Notes: generated by a model from the letters alone, not told the origin. 64,000 nt of DNA from Betaproteobacteria bacterium Ga0077532 (GCA_001464895.1 LNEE01000040.1:37415-101414), one strand, 5' to 3'. Numbered from the stretch's first letter, positions 46,728 to 56,579 are shown. A program made the numbers and translations.

Positions 46728-46840
46728 TTGTAGGAGCGGCCCATGGCCGCGAAAGCGATGGTTCCGGGTGAAGCGTTTCCTTGCATCTACCGCTCTCGAG
46801 GGCGTGGCCCGCTCCTACAGGGGCCATGGGCTCCTCGTAC
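46728..46840. repeat. family-1 REP inverted pair plus a partial extra arm
   Basis: TTGTAGGAGCGGCCCATGGCCGCGAAAGCG ... spacer ... GGCCCGCTCCTACAG, then GGGCCATGGGCTCCTCGTAC. Confidence 0.85.
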
Positions 46841-47003
46841 GGGAACCTACGCTTCGTTTCCCGCGGTCAGCGCGATTCCATGGCTGTGCATTCCGATGGG
46901 GTTGTCCGCGATTCACTTCGCCGGGCATGATGCCCATGGCCGTTCCGAACGCCACGTCGGGACGGCTTCCTCCCGCCGCCGCCCACTGCTGACCGTGATC
47001 CCC

Positions 47004-48047
47004 ATGAAGAGCACCCTCCGCGCCGGTCTTCGCCATGCCCCTTGTGGCGGCTTCCGCGCGACGTCCGCCCGGTGGGCCGCCGCGGCCCTCCTCGCGGCGG
47101 CATCGATCGGCCCCGCGCCGGCGGCCAATCGTCCCGAACCCGAGTCGGTGGATTTCTACGTCGTGGGCGGGGCACTGCGCGGCCTTGGCGAGAACACCTG
47201 GACTGCGCAAACCGGGTTCATCTACAGCCCGACGACCACGCCCTGGGGCATCGGCTTCGTGTACACGAACGACGGCCACCTCACCAACAATCACCGCGAC
47301 GGTTTCGCATTGCAGGGCTGGTATGCATGGGACCTCTCCGATCGCCTCGAACTTCAGGCGGGCATGGGGCCGTACGCGAACATGAACAACACCACCCTGA
47401 ACCGCGGGCGAGAGAACAGGTTCCGCGTCGGTCTGTTCACGACGGTCGCCCTGAAATGGCACCCGTTCGAATCCGGCTGGTACCTGCGGTCCCAGCTCAC
47501 CAATACGCTGGTGCCCGGTTCGTTCAACTCCAATGCCATCCTCTTCGGCGCCGGGTACGACTTCATCTCCACCTCGGACATCGAGCGGCCGACCCGGCTG
47601 AAGGCCGACCTCAGCGTCTGGAGCGGCGCATCGCGGACGACGCAGCTCGGGGCGCAGCAGACGAGTGGCGCGGTGCAGATCGAGGCGCAGTACATACTCG
47701 ACCAGCCGTCGGCATGGTGGCAGCCTGCGGCCTATTCGGTGGCGTTTCTGTCGGAAGGCGACACCGGCTTGATCCATCGCCGCGGCTTCCCCCTCCAGGC
47801 GTGGTGGCGGACCCCGCCGGACACCTTCACTTTCAGTTTCGGCCTGGGACCGTACATCGCCTACGACACCTATCGCGAGACACCGCTGACCGCGATGGGC
47901 ATCCTCAGCATCCGCGCGGCTTACAAGGTGCTCGACATGCCTTCGAGTTCCATCGAGGCGGCGTTCATGTACACGCGCGTCGCGTCGTTCTACCACAGGG
48001 ACCAGGACATCTTCATGCTGGGGGTACGCCTGAACGCCAAGCGCTGA
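47004..48047 (+). CDS. hypothetical outer-membrane beta-barrel-like protein with an internal duplication
   Basis: An Ala-rich signal-like N-terminus, alternating aromatic/polar strands, and a C-terminal ..IFMLGVRLNAKR. HRDGFALQGWY/LQAGMGPYANMN in the first half repeat as HRRGFPLQAWW/FSFGLGPYIAYD in the second. Confidence 0.6.
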   Translation: MKSTLRAGLRHAPCGGFRATSARWAAAALLAAASIGPAPAANRPEPESVDFYVVGGALRGLGENTWTAQTGFIYSPTTTPWGIGFVYTNDGHLTNNHRDGFALQGWYAWDLSDRLELQAGMGPYANMNNTTLNRGRENRFRVGLFTTVALKWHPFESGWYLRSQLTNTLVPGSFNSNAILFGAGYDFISTSDIERPTRLKADLSVWSGASRTTQLGAQQTSGAVQIEAQYILDQPSAWWQPAAYSVAFLSEGDTGLIHRRGFPLQAWWRTPPDTFTFSFGLGPYIAYDTYRETPLTAMGILSIRAAYKVLDMPSSSIEAAFMYTRVASFYHRDQDIFMLGVRLNAKR

Positions 48048-48143
48048 GCGGGCTGCGCGGCGCCGCGGGTTCCATGCCATCATTTCGCCTCCCGCCTCGG
48101 CACCGCCGCGCGGCGATACCCAACAAGATCGAGGGAGACCGTC

Positions 48144-48569
48144 TTGGCAGTTCTCGTGGAAGCAATGTCGCTCGTCGTCCGGTTGGACGCGATCAACGAA
48201 GAGTACGTCGGTGGCCTCGAAGCCTTCATCGCCGGGATCCACAGCGCGTCGGTGTGCATGGACGGCGAACTGCTCCGCGTCGGGTTCCTGAGCCTCGCCG
48301 AGGCCGATGCGAACATCCACCGTCTCGAAGAGGGCGGCCTGCAGTACCTCCAGGACGGCGCCCCGCGCGACATGATCCTGGTGGACCAGCTCCGTGGCCC
48401 GAGTGCGCCGTGCGACTGGCTGGAGGTGGGCGAAGTGCAGATCGGGCCCGGCCAGAGCGTCATGGCGGCGCGCCTGGTGGACACCAAGGTCGGAACGCTT
48501 TTCACGCCGGAGGGCTGGCGATTCGAGCATTCGCATTCGAAGGCGCTGGGGTTGGGGGGGCGGCAATAG
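48144..48569 (+). CDS. hypothetical protein
   Basis: TTG start lies 5 nt after GAGGGAGA. 141 aa with normal composition. No family recognised. Confidence 0.45.
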   Translation: MAVLVEAMSLVVRLDAINEEYVGGLEAFIAGIHSASVCMDGELLRVGFLSLAEADANIHRLEEGGLQYLQDGAPRDMILVDQLRGPSAPCDWLEVGEVQIGPGQSVMAARLVDTKVGTLFTPEGWRFEHSHSKALGLGGRQ

Positions 48570-48570
48570 G

Positions 48571-48985
48571 GGGGCGAAAGCGGCGGTTCCGGGTGGAGCG
48601 CTTCCTCGCATCCACCGCTTTCGGGGCCATGGGCCTCTCCTACAGAACCCGTCGACGCGCCACCGATGGTGATTGTGACCTTGTAGGAGCGGGCCATGCC
48701 CGCGAAAGCGCCGGTTCCGGGTGAAGCGTTTCCTTGCATCGACCGCTTTCGGGGCCATGGGCCCCTCCTACAGAACCCGTTGATGCGCCACCGATGGTGG
48801 TTGTGAAATTGTAGGAGCTGGCCATGCCCGCGAAAGCGATGGTTCCGGGTGGAGTGCTTCCTTGCATTCCTCGCTTTCGGGGCCATGGGCCCCTCCTACA
48901 GAGCCCGGTTGATGCGCCACCGATGGTGGTTGTGACCTTGTAGGAGCGGGCCATGGCCGCGAAAGCGTCGGTTTCGGTCGACGCA
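48571..48985. repeat. family-1 REP tandem array: about 3.5 copies of a ~128-bp module (arm, spacer, inverted arm, linker)
   Basis: TTGTAGGAGC starts at 48681, 48809 and 48938, with a partial module from 48571. Arm: GTAGGAGCGGGCCATGCCCGCGAAAGCG. Linker: GAACCCGTTGATGCGCCACCGATGGTGGTTGTGA. Confidence 0.9.
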
Positions 48986-48990
48986 CCCCG

Positions 48991-50088
48991 CTACAACCCC
49001 AACGGATCCCGCCCCTCCCGCAGCCCGCCCACTGCAGCCTCCAGCCGCGCCAGGGTCGTCTCCCGCAACGCCTTCCCGTTGCTCCCCGCCCCGACCAGGA
49101 AGAACGCGCTGTCGTGGTCGAAGTACCCCGCGCCCACGCGGATCACCGCCTTGAAGATCATGTTGCGCAGCAGGTGCAGCCAGAAGCGCGGGACGTGTTC
49201 GGCGGGTAGCGCGCGGACCGAGGCGTAGCCCTCGAACGCGGCTCGCAGGAACGCGCCGTCGTGGAAGCATCCCAGCAGCGCGAGATCGTCCATCGCATCG
49301 CCGCCGACGCAGTCGTCCCAGTCGATCACCGCCGTGACCTCATGCTCGGTTCCGAGCAGATTCCACAGTGCCGTGTCCTTGTGGACGAGGCACGGTGTGG
49401 CGAGGTCGAGGAGGGCGCGGTGGTCGTCGATCGCGGTGCGCATCGCCTCGGCTTGTGACGGCGTGAGGAAGCGGCGTTCGACGAGAAAGGTGAGGTGCGC
49501 GTCGAGGCGCGTGAAGTAGTACGACGGATACGTCGCGTGCAGGCCGTGCAGCACGCCGTCCGTCGCCAGACGCTGCACGTCGAACGGTCCGAACCCTTCC
49601 ACCGGTACGTCCTGCCACGTCGCGATCAGCCGACCGATCTGCGCCGCGACTTCGACGGTGGCCAGCGTGCCGGCCTTGAAGTGTCGATTCAGATCCGGTT
49701 CCGCGACGCGTTCGAGGATCTGCCACGCGAACGGCGCGACGCTCCGCGCGGCGTCAGTGGCGTACACGCGCGGCGTCGGAACGCCGAGCGCCCGCACGCG
49801 ATCCATCACGAACGACTCGACCGCGATGTAGTCGTCCTGCTCCGGGCCGTCCTCGATGCGGACGAAGACGTCGTGCGCATCGACGGTCGCGATGAAAGTG
49901 AGGTGGTTGCCCTGGCCGCCGCCATCGCGCAGGGTGGTCGGCGGCGCGCCGAAGTGACGCGTCAGGAGATCGCGGACGAGGGATGCCGTCTCCTGGCTCG
50001 GCCGTCGCGCATCGCCCTGGGTGGTGCCGTGGAAGGCGGCCAGGCGATCGCATTTCCAGTAGTAGATGTCGCGGCGGGTGGACGGCAT
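48991..50088 (-). CDS. aminoglycoside-phosphotransferase/choline-kinase-family (APH-like) kinase
   Basis: LVHKDTALWNLL (HxDxxxxN catalytic loop) and VIDWDDC (DxD). The start is taken at the ATG at 50088. The upstream extension runs into repeat DNA. Confidence 0.75.
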   Translation of the reverse strand: MPSTRRDIYYWKCDRLAAFHGTTQGDARRPSQETASLVRDLLTRHFGAPPTTLRDGGGQGNHLTFIATVDAHDVFVRIEDGPEQDDYIAVESFVMDRVRALGVPTPRVYATDAARSVAPFAWQILERVAEPDLNRHFKAGTLATVEVAAQIGRLIATWQDVPVEGFGPFDVQRLATDGVLHGLHATYPSYYFTRLDAHLTFLVERRFLTPSQAEAMRTAIDDHRALLDLATPCLVHKDTALWNLLGTEHEVTAVIDWDDCVGGDAMDDLALLGCFHDGAFLRAAFEGYASVRALPAEHVPRFWLHLLRNMIFKAVIRVGAGYFDHDSAFFLVGAGSNGKALRETTLARLEAAVGGLREGRDPLGL

Positions 50089-50160
50089 GGGGCGCGGCGG
50101 GACAGGTGGATGGTGGTGCCGCATGGTGCCGGAGGCGGGGGCGTCTGTGCAGCGCCGTCT

Positions 50161-50388
50161 CTCGTGGGTCGAGCCATCGCTCGACGCGGCGATGGCGAAC
50201 GGCGACGTGGTCACGGGATGCGCCGCGTCGGGCTGCAGCCCGACCCACGGGGGTTGTTTTCGGCATCCCCGCGCGTGGCGCTGGTCTACGGTGTTCGTGG
50301 GTCGAGCTACAGCTCGACGCGGCGAGTGCGAACGGCGCCGTGGTCGCGGGATGCGCCGCGTCGGGCTGCAGCCCGACCCACGGGGGGT
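50161..50388. repeat. family-2 REP/BIME, 2 units (~133-bp period)
   Basis: CGTGGGTCGAGC at 50163 and 50296. Each is followed by GTCGGGCTGCAGCCCGACCCACGG. Confidence 0.9.
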
Positions 50389-50437
50389 GTTCTCGGCATC
50401 CCCGTGCGCTGGAATGGTCGACGGTGTTCGCTCTACG

Positions 50438-51901
50438 TCAGCTCCCCGTCCCGTTCGGATCCCGCCATACCCGCTCGAACGGCAGCCGCCACGCGTGTGG
50501 CGCGATCAACTGGTGGATCGACTTCGGCCCCCACGAACCCGGGGCATACAACCGCACCGGCGGCGGCGCTTCGAGCAGCTGGGTCGACACCTGCCACAGG
50601 CGCTCGATGCCGTCGGCCGTGTTGAACAGCGTGTGATCGCCGCGCATCGCGTCGAGGATCAGGCGTTCGTACGCCTCGAGCACCTCACCGATCAACCCCG
50701 TGTCGTGCATCGCGAACTGCAGGCTCAGCTTGTCGAGGCGCATGCCCGGGCCGGGGCGCTTGCCGTAGAAGGAGAGCGACATCTTCGAGGCGTCGGCGAG
50801 GTCGAACGTGAGGTGGTCGGGGCCCTGCGCGCCCACGCCGGAGCCGGGCGGGAACATGCTCTTCGGCGGCTCGCGGAAAGCGATGGAGATGATCCGCTGG
50901 CCCTCCGCCATGCGCTTGCCCGTGCGCAGGAAGAACGGCACCCCGGCCCAGCGCCAGTTGTCGATGTAGCACTTCAGCGCGATCAGCGTCTCGGTGTCGG
51001 ACTCCGGGTCGACGCCATCCTCCGCGCGATAGCCGGTGTACTGCCCGCGCACGACGTCGGTGGGCAGGATCGGCAGCATGCTGCGGAAGACCTTGTTCTT
51101 CTCCTCGCTGATGGGCGCGGGCTCCAGCGCGGTGGGCGGCTCCATCGCCATGAAGGCGAGGATCTGGAAGAGGTGCGTGACCACCATGTCGCGGTAAGCG
51201 CCGGTCTGCTCGTAGAACCCGGCGCGCGTGCCGAGGCCGAGCGTCTCCGGCACGTCGATCTGCACGTGGTCGATGAAGTTGCGGTTCCAGATCGGTTCGA
51301 ACAGCCCGTTCGCGAAGCGGAACGCGAGGATGTTCTGCGCGGGCTCCTTCCCGAGGAAGTGGTCGATGCGGAAGATCTGGTCCTCCGTGAAAACGTCGTG
51401 CAGCTTCGCGTTCAGCGAGACGGCCGACGCGAGGTCGGTGCCGAAGGGCTTCTCCATGACGATGCGGGCGCGGTCCACGAGGCCCGCCTCGCTGATCATC
51501 CGCACCGCGGCGAGGGCGGCGTTCGGCGGCACGCTGAGGTAATGCAGCCGGCGGCTCTCGCCTTCGAAGGTCTGCTCGGCGGTTTCGACGGCGGTTCGCA
51601 GCGCCTCCGGACCGGAACCGAGGGGCACGTAGTCCAGGCTCCGCGCGAAGGCCTCCCAGTCGCGGTCCGTGACCTTGCGATTGAAGAACTCGTTGAGCGA
51701 AGCCCGGGCGATCTTCCGAAAGCCATCGGCATCGATGTCGTCGAGCGAGACGCCGATGATCCGGCAGCCGGGGATGAAGCCGGCGCTGACCAGGTGATAC
51801 AGCCCCGGCAGCAGCTTGCGCCGGGAGAGATCGCCGGTGGCACCGAACAGCACCACCACCTGCGGAAAGCGCGGACCAACCCCTGGGGGAACCTTCGCCA
51901 C
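50438..51901 (-). CDS. zwf: glucose-6-phosphate 1-dehydrogenase
   Basis: GTG at 51901 lies 6 nt after [25 protein letters not shown] (NADP site) and RIDHFLGKE (active site). The ATG at 51937 is an alternative start. Confidence 0.9.
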   Translation of the reverse strand: MAKVPPGVGPRFPQVVVLFGATGDLSRRKLLPGLYHLVSAGFIPGCRIIGVSLDDIDADGFRKIARASLNEFFNRKVTDRDWEAFARSLDYVPLGSGPEALRTAVETAEQTFEGESRRLHYLSVPPNAALAAVRMISEAGLVDRARIVMEKPFGTDLASAVSLNAKLHDVFTEDQIFRIDHFLGKEPAQNILAFRFANGLFEPIWNRNFIDHVQIDVPETLGLGTRAGFYEQTGAYRDMVVTHLFQILAFMAMEPPTALEPAPISEEKNKVFRSMLPILPTDVVRGQYTGYRAEDGVDPESDTETLIALKCYIDNWRWAGVPFFLRTGKRMAEGQRIISIAFREPPKSMFPPGSGVGAQGPDHLTFDLADASKMSLSFYGKRPGPGMRLDKLSLQFAMHDTGLIGEVLEAYERLILDAMRGDHTLFNTADGIERLWQVSTQLLEAPPPVRLYAPGSWGPKSIHQLIAPHAWRLPFERVWRDPNGTGS

Positions 51902-51978
51902 GGCGGATCTCCTGTGCGGGATGCGGGGAGCGTGCATCGGTGGCGAGGGCGGCGCAACATCCGTACCGGTGGGTTTCC

Positions 51979-52109
51979 CTTGTAGGAGCGCGCCATGCCC
52001 GCGAAATCGTGGTTTCCGGGTGGAGCGCTTCCTTGCATCGACCGCTTTCGGGGCCATGGGCCCCTCCTACAAGGGCATGGCCCGCTCCTACAAGGGCATG
52101 GTCCGCTCC
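51979..52109. repeat. family-1 REP inverted pair with a tandemly duplicated right half-arm
   Basis: CTTGTAGGAGCGCGCCATGCCCGCGAAATCG ... CGCTTTCGGGGCCATGGGCCCCTCCTACAAGGGCATGGCCCGCTCCTACAAGGGCATGGTCCGCTCC. Confidence 0.9.
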
Positions 52110-52265
52110 GGCGACGGCCCCACCCGCACCGCCGGGGTGCGCGCCGCCCATGGGCGCACCGGGCATTTGCCGGCACAATCGCGGCCTTCCGCTCCATGCC
52201 CCGACCCATGAACGACCGCCACGACATCGCTGCCCGCGCATCGACGCCTCCCGGAGGCGCCTGAC

Positions 52266-53105
52266 TTGTCCGACCGTCTGGCCGTGCTGCCGCAATACCT
52301 CCTGCCCAAGCGCGCGATCACCGGGTTCGCCGGTTGGTGCGCCAACTCCCGGTCGAAGGCCTGGACGCGCCGGGTGATCCCCTGGTTCATCGCGCGCTAT
52401 GGCGTGAACATGGCCGAGGCCGAGAATCCGGATCCGATGGCGTACGAAACCTTCAACGCGTTCTTCACGCGGGCGCTGCGGCACGATGCGCGACCGCTGG
52501 CCGCGGGGCCGTTCGTGTGCCCGGTGGATGGCGCCATCAGCCAGTGCGGTGCCATCGTGGGCGATCAGCTGTTGCAGGCGAAGGGGCACACCTACAGCGT
52601 CCGGGCGATGGTGGGTGGGGATGCCGCGCTGGCGGCGCAGTTCGTCGACGGCCAGTTCGCGACGCTCTACCTGAGCCCGAAGGACTACCACCGCATCCAC
52701 ATGCCCTGCGACGGTCGTCTGGTGCGGATGATCCACGTGCCCGGCGATCTCTTCTCGGTGAACCCGACCACGGCCCGCGGCGTGCCCGGTCTCTTCGCGC
52801 GGAACGAGCGCGTGGTGTGCGAGTTCGACTCCGACCACGGCACCTTCGTACTCGCCCTCGTGGGCGCCACCATCGTCGGTAGCATGGCGACGGCGTGGCA
52901 CGGACTGGTGAATCCGCCGCGTCCGGGCACCGTGCGCGAGTGGCGCTACGACGGCCGCGACATCGCGCTGCGCAAGGGTGAGGAGATGGGGCGCTTCCTG
53001 CTCGGGTCCACGGTCGTGATGCTGTTCCGGAAGGGCACGCTGCAGTTTCCCGCCGACTGGGTGGCGGCGCGCGACATTCGCATGGGCGAGGCCATGGTTC
53101 GGTAG
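52266..53105 (+). CDS. psd: phosphatidylserine decarboxylase proenzyme
   Basis: TTG start. LPQYLLPKRAITGFAGW, DYHRIHMP, and the LGST self-cleavage motif (FLLGSTVV). Confidence 0.9.
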   Translation: MSDRLAVLPQYLLPKRAITGFAGWCANSRSKAWTRRVIPWFIARYGVNMAEAENPDPMAYETFNAFFTRALRHDARPLAAGPFVCPVDGAISQCGAIVGDQLLQAKGHTYSVRAMVGGDAALAAQFVDGQFATLYLSPKDYHRIHMPCDGRLVRMIHVPGDLFSVNPTTARGVPGLFARNERVVCEFDSDHGTFVLALVGATIVGSMATAWHGLVNPPRPGTVREWRYDGRDIALRKGEEMGRFLLGSTVVMLFRKGTLQFPADWVAARDIRMGEAMVR

Positions 53106-53197
53106 TTCAGCGGTGCCGCGGTACCGTGCGGTGGCGTACATATCGCCGCGCGCCCTCGGCGCAGACTCGGCTCTGCAACATCACAGGAGCCTCGAGA

Positions 53198-53509
53198 ATG
53201 AACACACGCACCGTCATCATCGCTGCAGCACTTGCTGCCGCACTCGTCACGTCCGGCTGCGCCGTCCAGCGCGGCCAGCAGACCGTCGGCGGCTACGTCG
53301 ACGATTCGGCCATCACCGCGCAGGTCAAGAGCAGCTTCGTCGGCAACAAGGACGTCGGCGCGGCCAGCATCAGCGTCGAGACCCTCGAAGGGAAGGTGAT
53401 GCTGTCGGGCTTCGCGAAGAACGAAGCCGAGAAGGCGGCTGCCGGCCGACTCGCGATGAGCGCGAAGGGCGTGAAGTCGGTGGAGAACCAGATCATCGTC
53501 CAGCCCTGA
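53198..53509 (+). CDS. BON-domain (OsmY-like) lipoprotein
   Basis: ATG follows CAGGAG. Lipobox VTSGC. BON pattern: DDSAITAQVKSSF ... ISVETLEGKVMLSGFA ... GVKSVENQI. Confidence 0.8.
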   Translation: MNTRTVIIAAALAAALVTSGCAVQRGQQTVGGYVDDSAITAQVKSSFVGNKDVGAASISVETLEGKVMLSGFAKNEAEKAAAGRLAMSAKGVKSVENQIIVQP

Positions 53510-53542
53510 TCCCCGCCCGGCATCGCCCGCACGTCGCGGGGG

Positions 53543-55495
53543 ATGTCGGGGCTGCGCTACCATCCGGCCCCACAACAACGTAGCCGCGCGCAGGCCGCCA
53601 TCGAGCCCGCCGCGGGGGAGCCGGGGGGAGTCTTGGTTCGAAACGAAGCAGTACCGGATGCGGGTCCGGTCCGGAGGCTGTCCACGTTCGTCGACAGCCT
53701 GGTAGGTGGGCTCGTCGAGGGTCTCGTGGCGCTCCTCATCCTGGCCGAGGTCGTGATCCTCTTCACGGGGGTCGTCTCGCGCTACGTGTTCGAGGAGCCC
53801 ATCGTCTGGTGCGACGAGCTGGCGTCGATCCTGTTCCTGTGGCTCGCGATGCTCGGCTCGGTGGTGGCGCTGCGGCGTGACGAGCACATGCGCATGACCG
53901 CCGTGGTCGGCATGGTGCGCCCGAAGGTCCGCGCGTTCCTCGACATGTTCGCCGTCGCGGCGGCGCTCGCGTTCCTCTTCCTGTTCATCGGCCCCGCGTA
54001 CGAGTTCGCCCACGACGAGATCCCCATCTCGACCCCCGCGCTCGACATCTCCAACGCCTGGCGGGCCGCGGCGCTGCCCATCGGCGGGGCGCTGATGATC
54101 CTCGTGGCGCTGCTGCGATTGCTCAGGACGGCGAGTGCGCCGCTCGCCATCGCCGCCTTCGCGGTCGTCGCCGCGCTGGCCGGTGCGCTGATCGCGATCA
54201 GCCCGCTGCTGCAGGACCTCGGCAACCTCAACCTGCTCATCTTCTTCGTCGGCGTCGTGTCGGTGAACGTCTTCGCCGGTGTGCCCATCGCGTTCTCGTT
54301 CGGGCTCGCCACCGTCGGTTATCTGGCACTGACCACGAGCACGCCGATGCCCGTCGTCGTCGGCCGCATGGACGAGGGCATGTCGCATCTGATCCTGCTG
54401 TCGGTGCCGCTCTTCGTGTTCCTCGGCCTGCTGATCGAGATGACCGGCATGGCGCGCGCGATGGTGGCGTTCCTCGGCAACCTGCTCGGACACGTGCGCG
54501 GCGGGTTGTCGTACGTGCTCGTCGGATCGATGTACCTGGTGTCCGGCATCTCCGGGTCGAAGGCGGCCGACATGGCGGCAGTGGCACCGGTGCTCTTCCC
54601 GGGGATGCAGGCGCGCGGTGCCAAGAAGGGCGAGCTGGTCGCACTCCTCGCGGCCACGGGCGCCCAGACGGAGACGATCCCGCCCAGCCTCGTGCTGATC
54701 ACGATCGGGTCCGTCACCGGCGTGTCGATCGCCGCGCTCTTCACGGGCGGCCTGCTCCCGGCCGTCGTGCTCGGCCTCGCGCTGTGCGTCCTCGTGTGGT
54801 TCCGCTACCGCCACGAGGATCTCTCCGGCGTCCGGCGCGCGACACGCGGCGACATCGTCCGAAGCCTCGTCATCGCATTGCCGGCGATCGCGCTTCCGTT
54901 CGTGATCCGCACGGCGGTGGTGAAGGGCGTGGCGACGGCAACCGAGGTGTCGACGATCGGCATCGTCTACGCCGTCCTCGCCGGCCTGCTCATCTACCGG
55001 TGCTTCCCCTGGCGACGCCTCGTGCCGATGCTCGTCGAGACCGCGGCGCTGTCGGGCGCGATCCTGCTCATCATCGGCGCGGCGACGGGCATGGCCTGGT
55101 CGCTCACGCAGTCCGGCTTCTCGGAGGACCTCACGCGACTCATGGCGAACCTGCCCGGCGGGCGGGCCGGATTCCTCGCCGTGTCGATCGTCGTCTTCAT
55201 CGTCCTGGGCAGCGTGCTGGAGGGTATCCCCGCCATCGTGCTCTTCGGGCCACTGCTGTTCCCCATCGCGCGGGAAATGGGTGTCCACGACGTCCACTAC
55301 GCGATGGTTGTGATCCTCGCGATGGGCATCGGGCTCTTCGCTCCGCCGTTCGGCGTTGGCTACTATGCCGCGTGCGCCGTCGGTCGAGTGCCGCCGGACG
55401 AGGGCATCCGGCCGATCGTGGGGTACCTCGTGGCACTGGTGATCGGCTTGATCGTGGTCGCCTGCGTGCCCTGGATTTCCATCGGGTTCCTGTGA
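53543..55495 (+). CDS. TRAP transporter fused small+large permease (DctQ-DctM); start uncertain (53543 ATG or 53633 TTG after GGGGGGA)
   Basis: The N-terminal DctQ-like region VVILFTGVVSRYVFEEPIVWCDELASILF is followed by a DctM-like polytopic domain of about 430 aa. Confidence 0.85.
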   Translation: MSGLRYHPAPQQRSRAQAAIEPAAGEPGGVLVRNEAVPDAGPVRRLSTFVDSLVGGLVEGLVALLILAEVVILFTGVVSRYVFEEPIVWCDELASILFLWLAMLGSVVALRRDEHMRMTAVVGMVRPKVRAFLDMFAVAAALAFLFLFIGPAYEFAHDEIPISTPALDISNAWRAAALPIGGALMILVALLRLLRTASAPLAIAAFAVVAALAGALIAISPLLQDLGNLNLLIFFVGVVSVNVFAGVPIAFSFGLATVGYLALTTSTPMPVVVGRMDEGMSHLILLSVPLFVFLGLLIEMTGMARAMVAFLGNLLGHVRGGLSYVLVGSMYLVSGISGSKAADMAAVAPVLFPGMQARGAKKGELVALLAATGAQTETIPPSLVLITIGSVTGVSIAALFTGGLLPAVVLGLALCVLVWFRYRHEDLSGVRRATRGDIVRSLVIALPAIALPFVIRTAVVKGVATATEVSTIGIVYAVLAGLLIYRCFPWRRLVPMLVETAALSGAILLIIGAATGMAWSLTQSGFSEDLTRLMANLPGGRAGFLAVSIVVFIVLGSVLEGIPAIVLFGPLLFPIAREMGVHDVHYAMVVILAMGIGLFAPPFGVGYYAACAVGRVPPDEGIRPIVGYLVALVIGLIVVACVPWISIGFL

Positions 55496-55562
55496 CCCGG
55501 ACCAACTGAATCGTGACCGAGCGGCGCAGCACGCACGGCACTTGCGGAGGAGAGAAAACCCC

Positions 55563-56579
55563 ATGTCGATGATCAGCAGACGCGGATTCGTGCGGGGCGC
55601 CGCACTGGCAACGATGGGCGCGCTGGGCGGGCTGCCGATGCGCGCGGGTGCTGCCGAGTTCACCTGGAAGCTGGCGAACAACCTGCCGGTGACGCACCCC
55701 ACCAACGTCCGGATGCAGGAGGCCGCCGCGAAGATCCTCGAGGAGACCGGCGGCAAGGTGGAGATCCGGATCTTCCCGAACAACCAGCTGGGTGGCGACA
55801 CCGACATGCTCTCGCAGCTGCGCTCCGGCGGGATCCAGATGTTCACGCTGTCGGGGAACATCCTCTCGACGCTGTCGAAGCCGACCTCGCTGTGCGGCGT
55901 CGGCTACGCATTTCCCGACTACAAGCGCGTGTGGGAGGCCGTCGACGGTGATCTCGGACGGCATCTGCGCGGGATCATCGGCAAGCTCGGCCTGCACTCG
56001 CTCGACAAGATGTGGGACAACGGCTTCCGGCAGATCACCAGCGGCACGCATCCAATCAACACGCCGGAGGACCTCAAGGGCTTCAAGATCCGCGTGCCGG
56101 TGAGCCCGCAGTGGACCTCGCTCTTCAAGGCGCTCGGGTCCTCGCCCACCTCGATCAACTTCAACGAGGTGTACTCGGCGCTGCAGACGAAGATCGTCGA
56201 CGGGCAGGAGAACGCCATCCAGCTCATCGAGATCGCGAAGCTCTACGAGGTGCAGAAGTACGTCTCGATCACGAACCACATGTGGGACGGCTGGTTCTTC
56301 CTCGTGAACGGTCGTGCGTGGGCCAAGCTTCCGCCGAACCTCCAGGAGATCGTCGCCCGCCAGTTCGACGCTGCGGCCCTGCGGCAGCGCGACGACCTCG
56401 TGAAGCTCAACGTGACGGCGGAAGAGAAGCTGCGGAAGGCCGGTCTCGTGTTCAACCGGACCGACCCGGCGAAGTTCCGCGCCGTGCTGTCGTCCGCCGG
56501 GTACTACAAGGACTGGAAGGCGATCTACGGGCCCGAGGCCTGGGCGCTGCTCGAGAAGTACTCGGGCCCGCTCGCCTGA
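55563..56579 (+). CDS. TRAP transporter substrate-binding protein (DctP family)
   Basis: Tat-like signal MSMISRRGFVRGAALA. DctP-family patterns FPNNQLGGD and GFRQITS...IN.PEDLKG.KIRV. Confidence 0.9.
   Translation: MSMISRRGFVRGAALATMGALGGLPMRAGAAEFTWKLANNLPVTHPTNVRMQEAAAKILEETGGKVEIRIFPNNQLGGDTDMLSQLRSGGIQMFTLSGNILSTLSKPTSLCGVGYAFPDYKRVWEAVDGDLGRHLRGIIGKLGLHSLDKMWDNGFRQITSGTHPINTPEDLKGFKIRVPVSPQWTSLFKALGSSPTSINFNEVYSALQTKIVDGQENAIQLIEIAKLYEVQKYVSITNHMWDGWFFLVNGRAWAKLPPNLQEIVARQFDAAALRQRDDLVKLNVTAEEKLRKAGLVFNRTDPAKFRAVLSSAGYYKDWKAIYGPEAWALLEKYSGPLA

Noticed and set aside
52946-55861. A 971-aa minus-strand ORF, together with similar long shadows (3200..5506 -, 7667..9583 -, 9577..11286 -, 50066..51985 +, 50685..53141 -, 56761..58971 -).
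   Set aside because: Each lies antisense to genes with clear family motifs (TRAP permease, sulfatase/MoxR cluster, vWA protein, zwf, psd, SDR/cytochrome). Each has an Arg/Pro/Gly/His-dominated composition.
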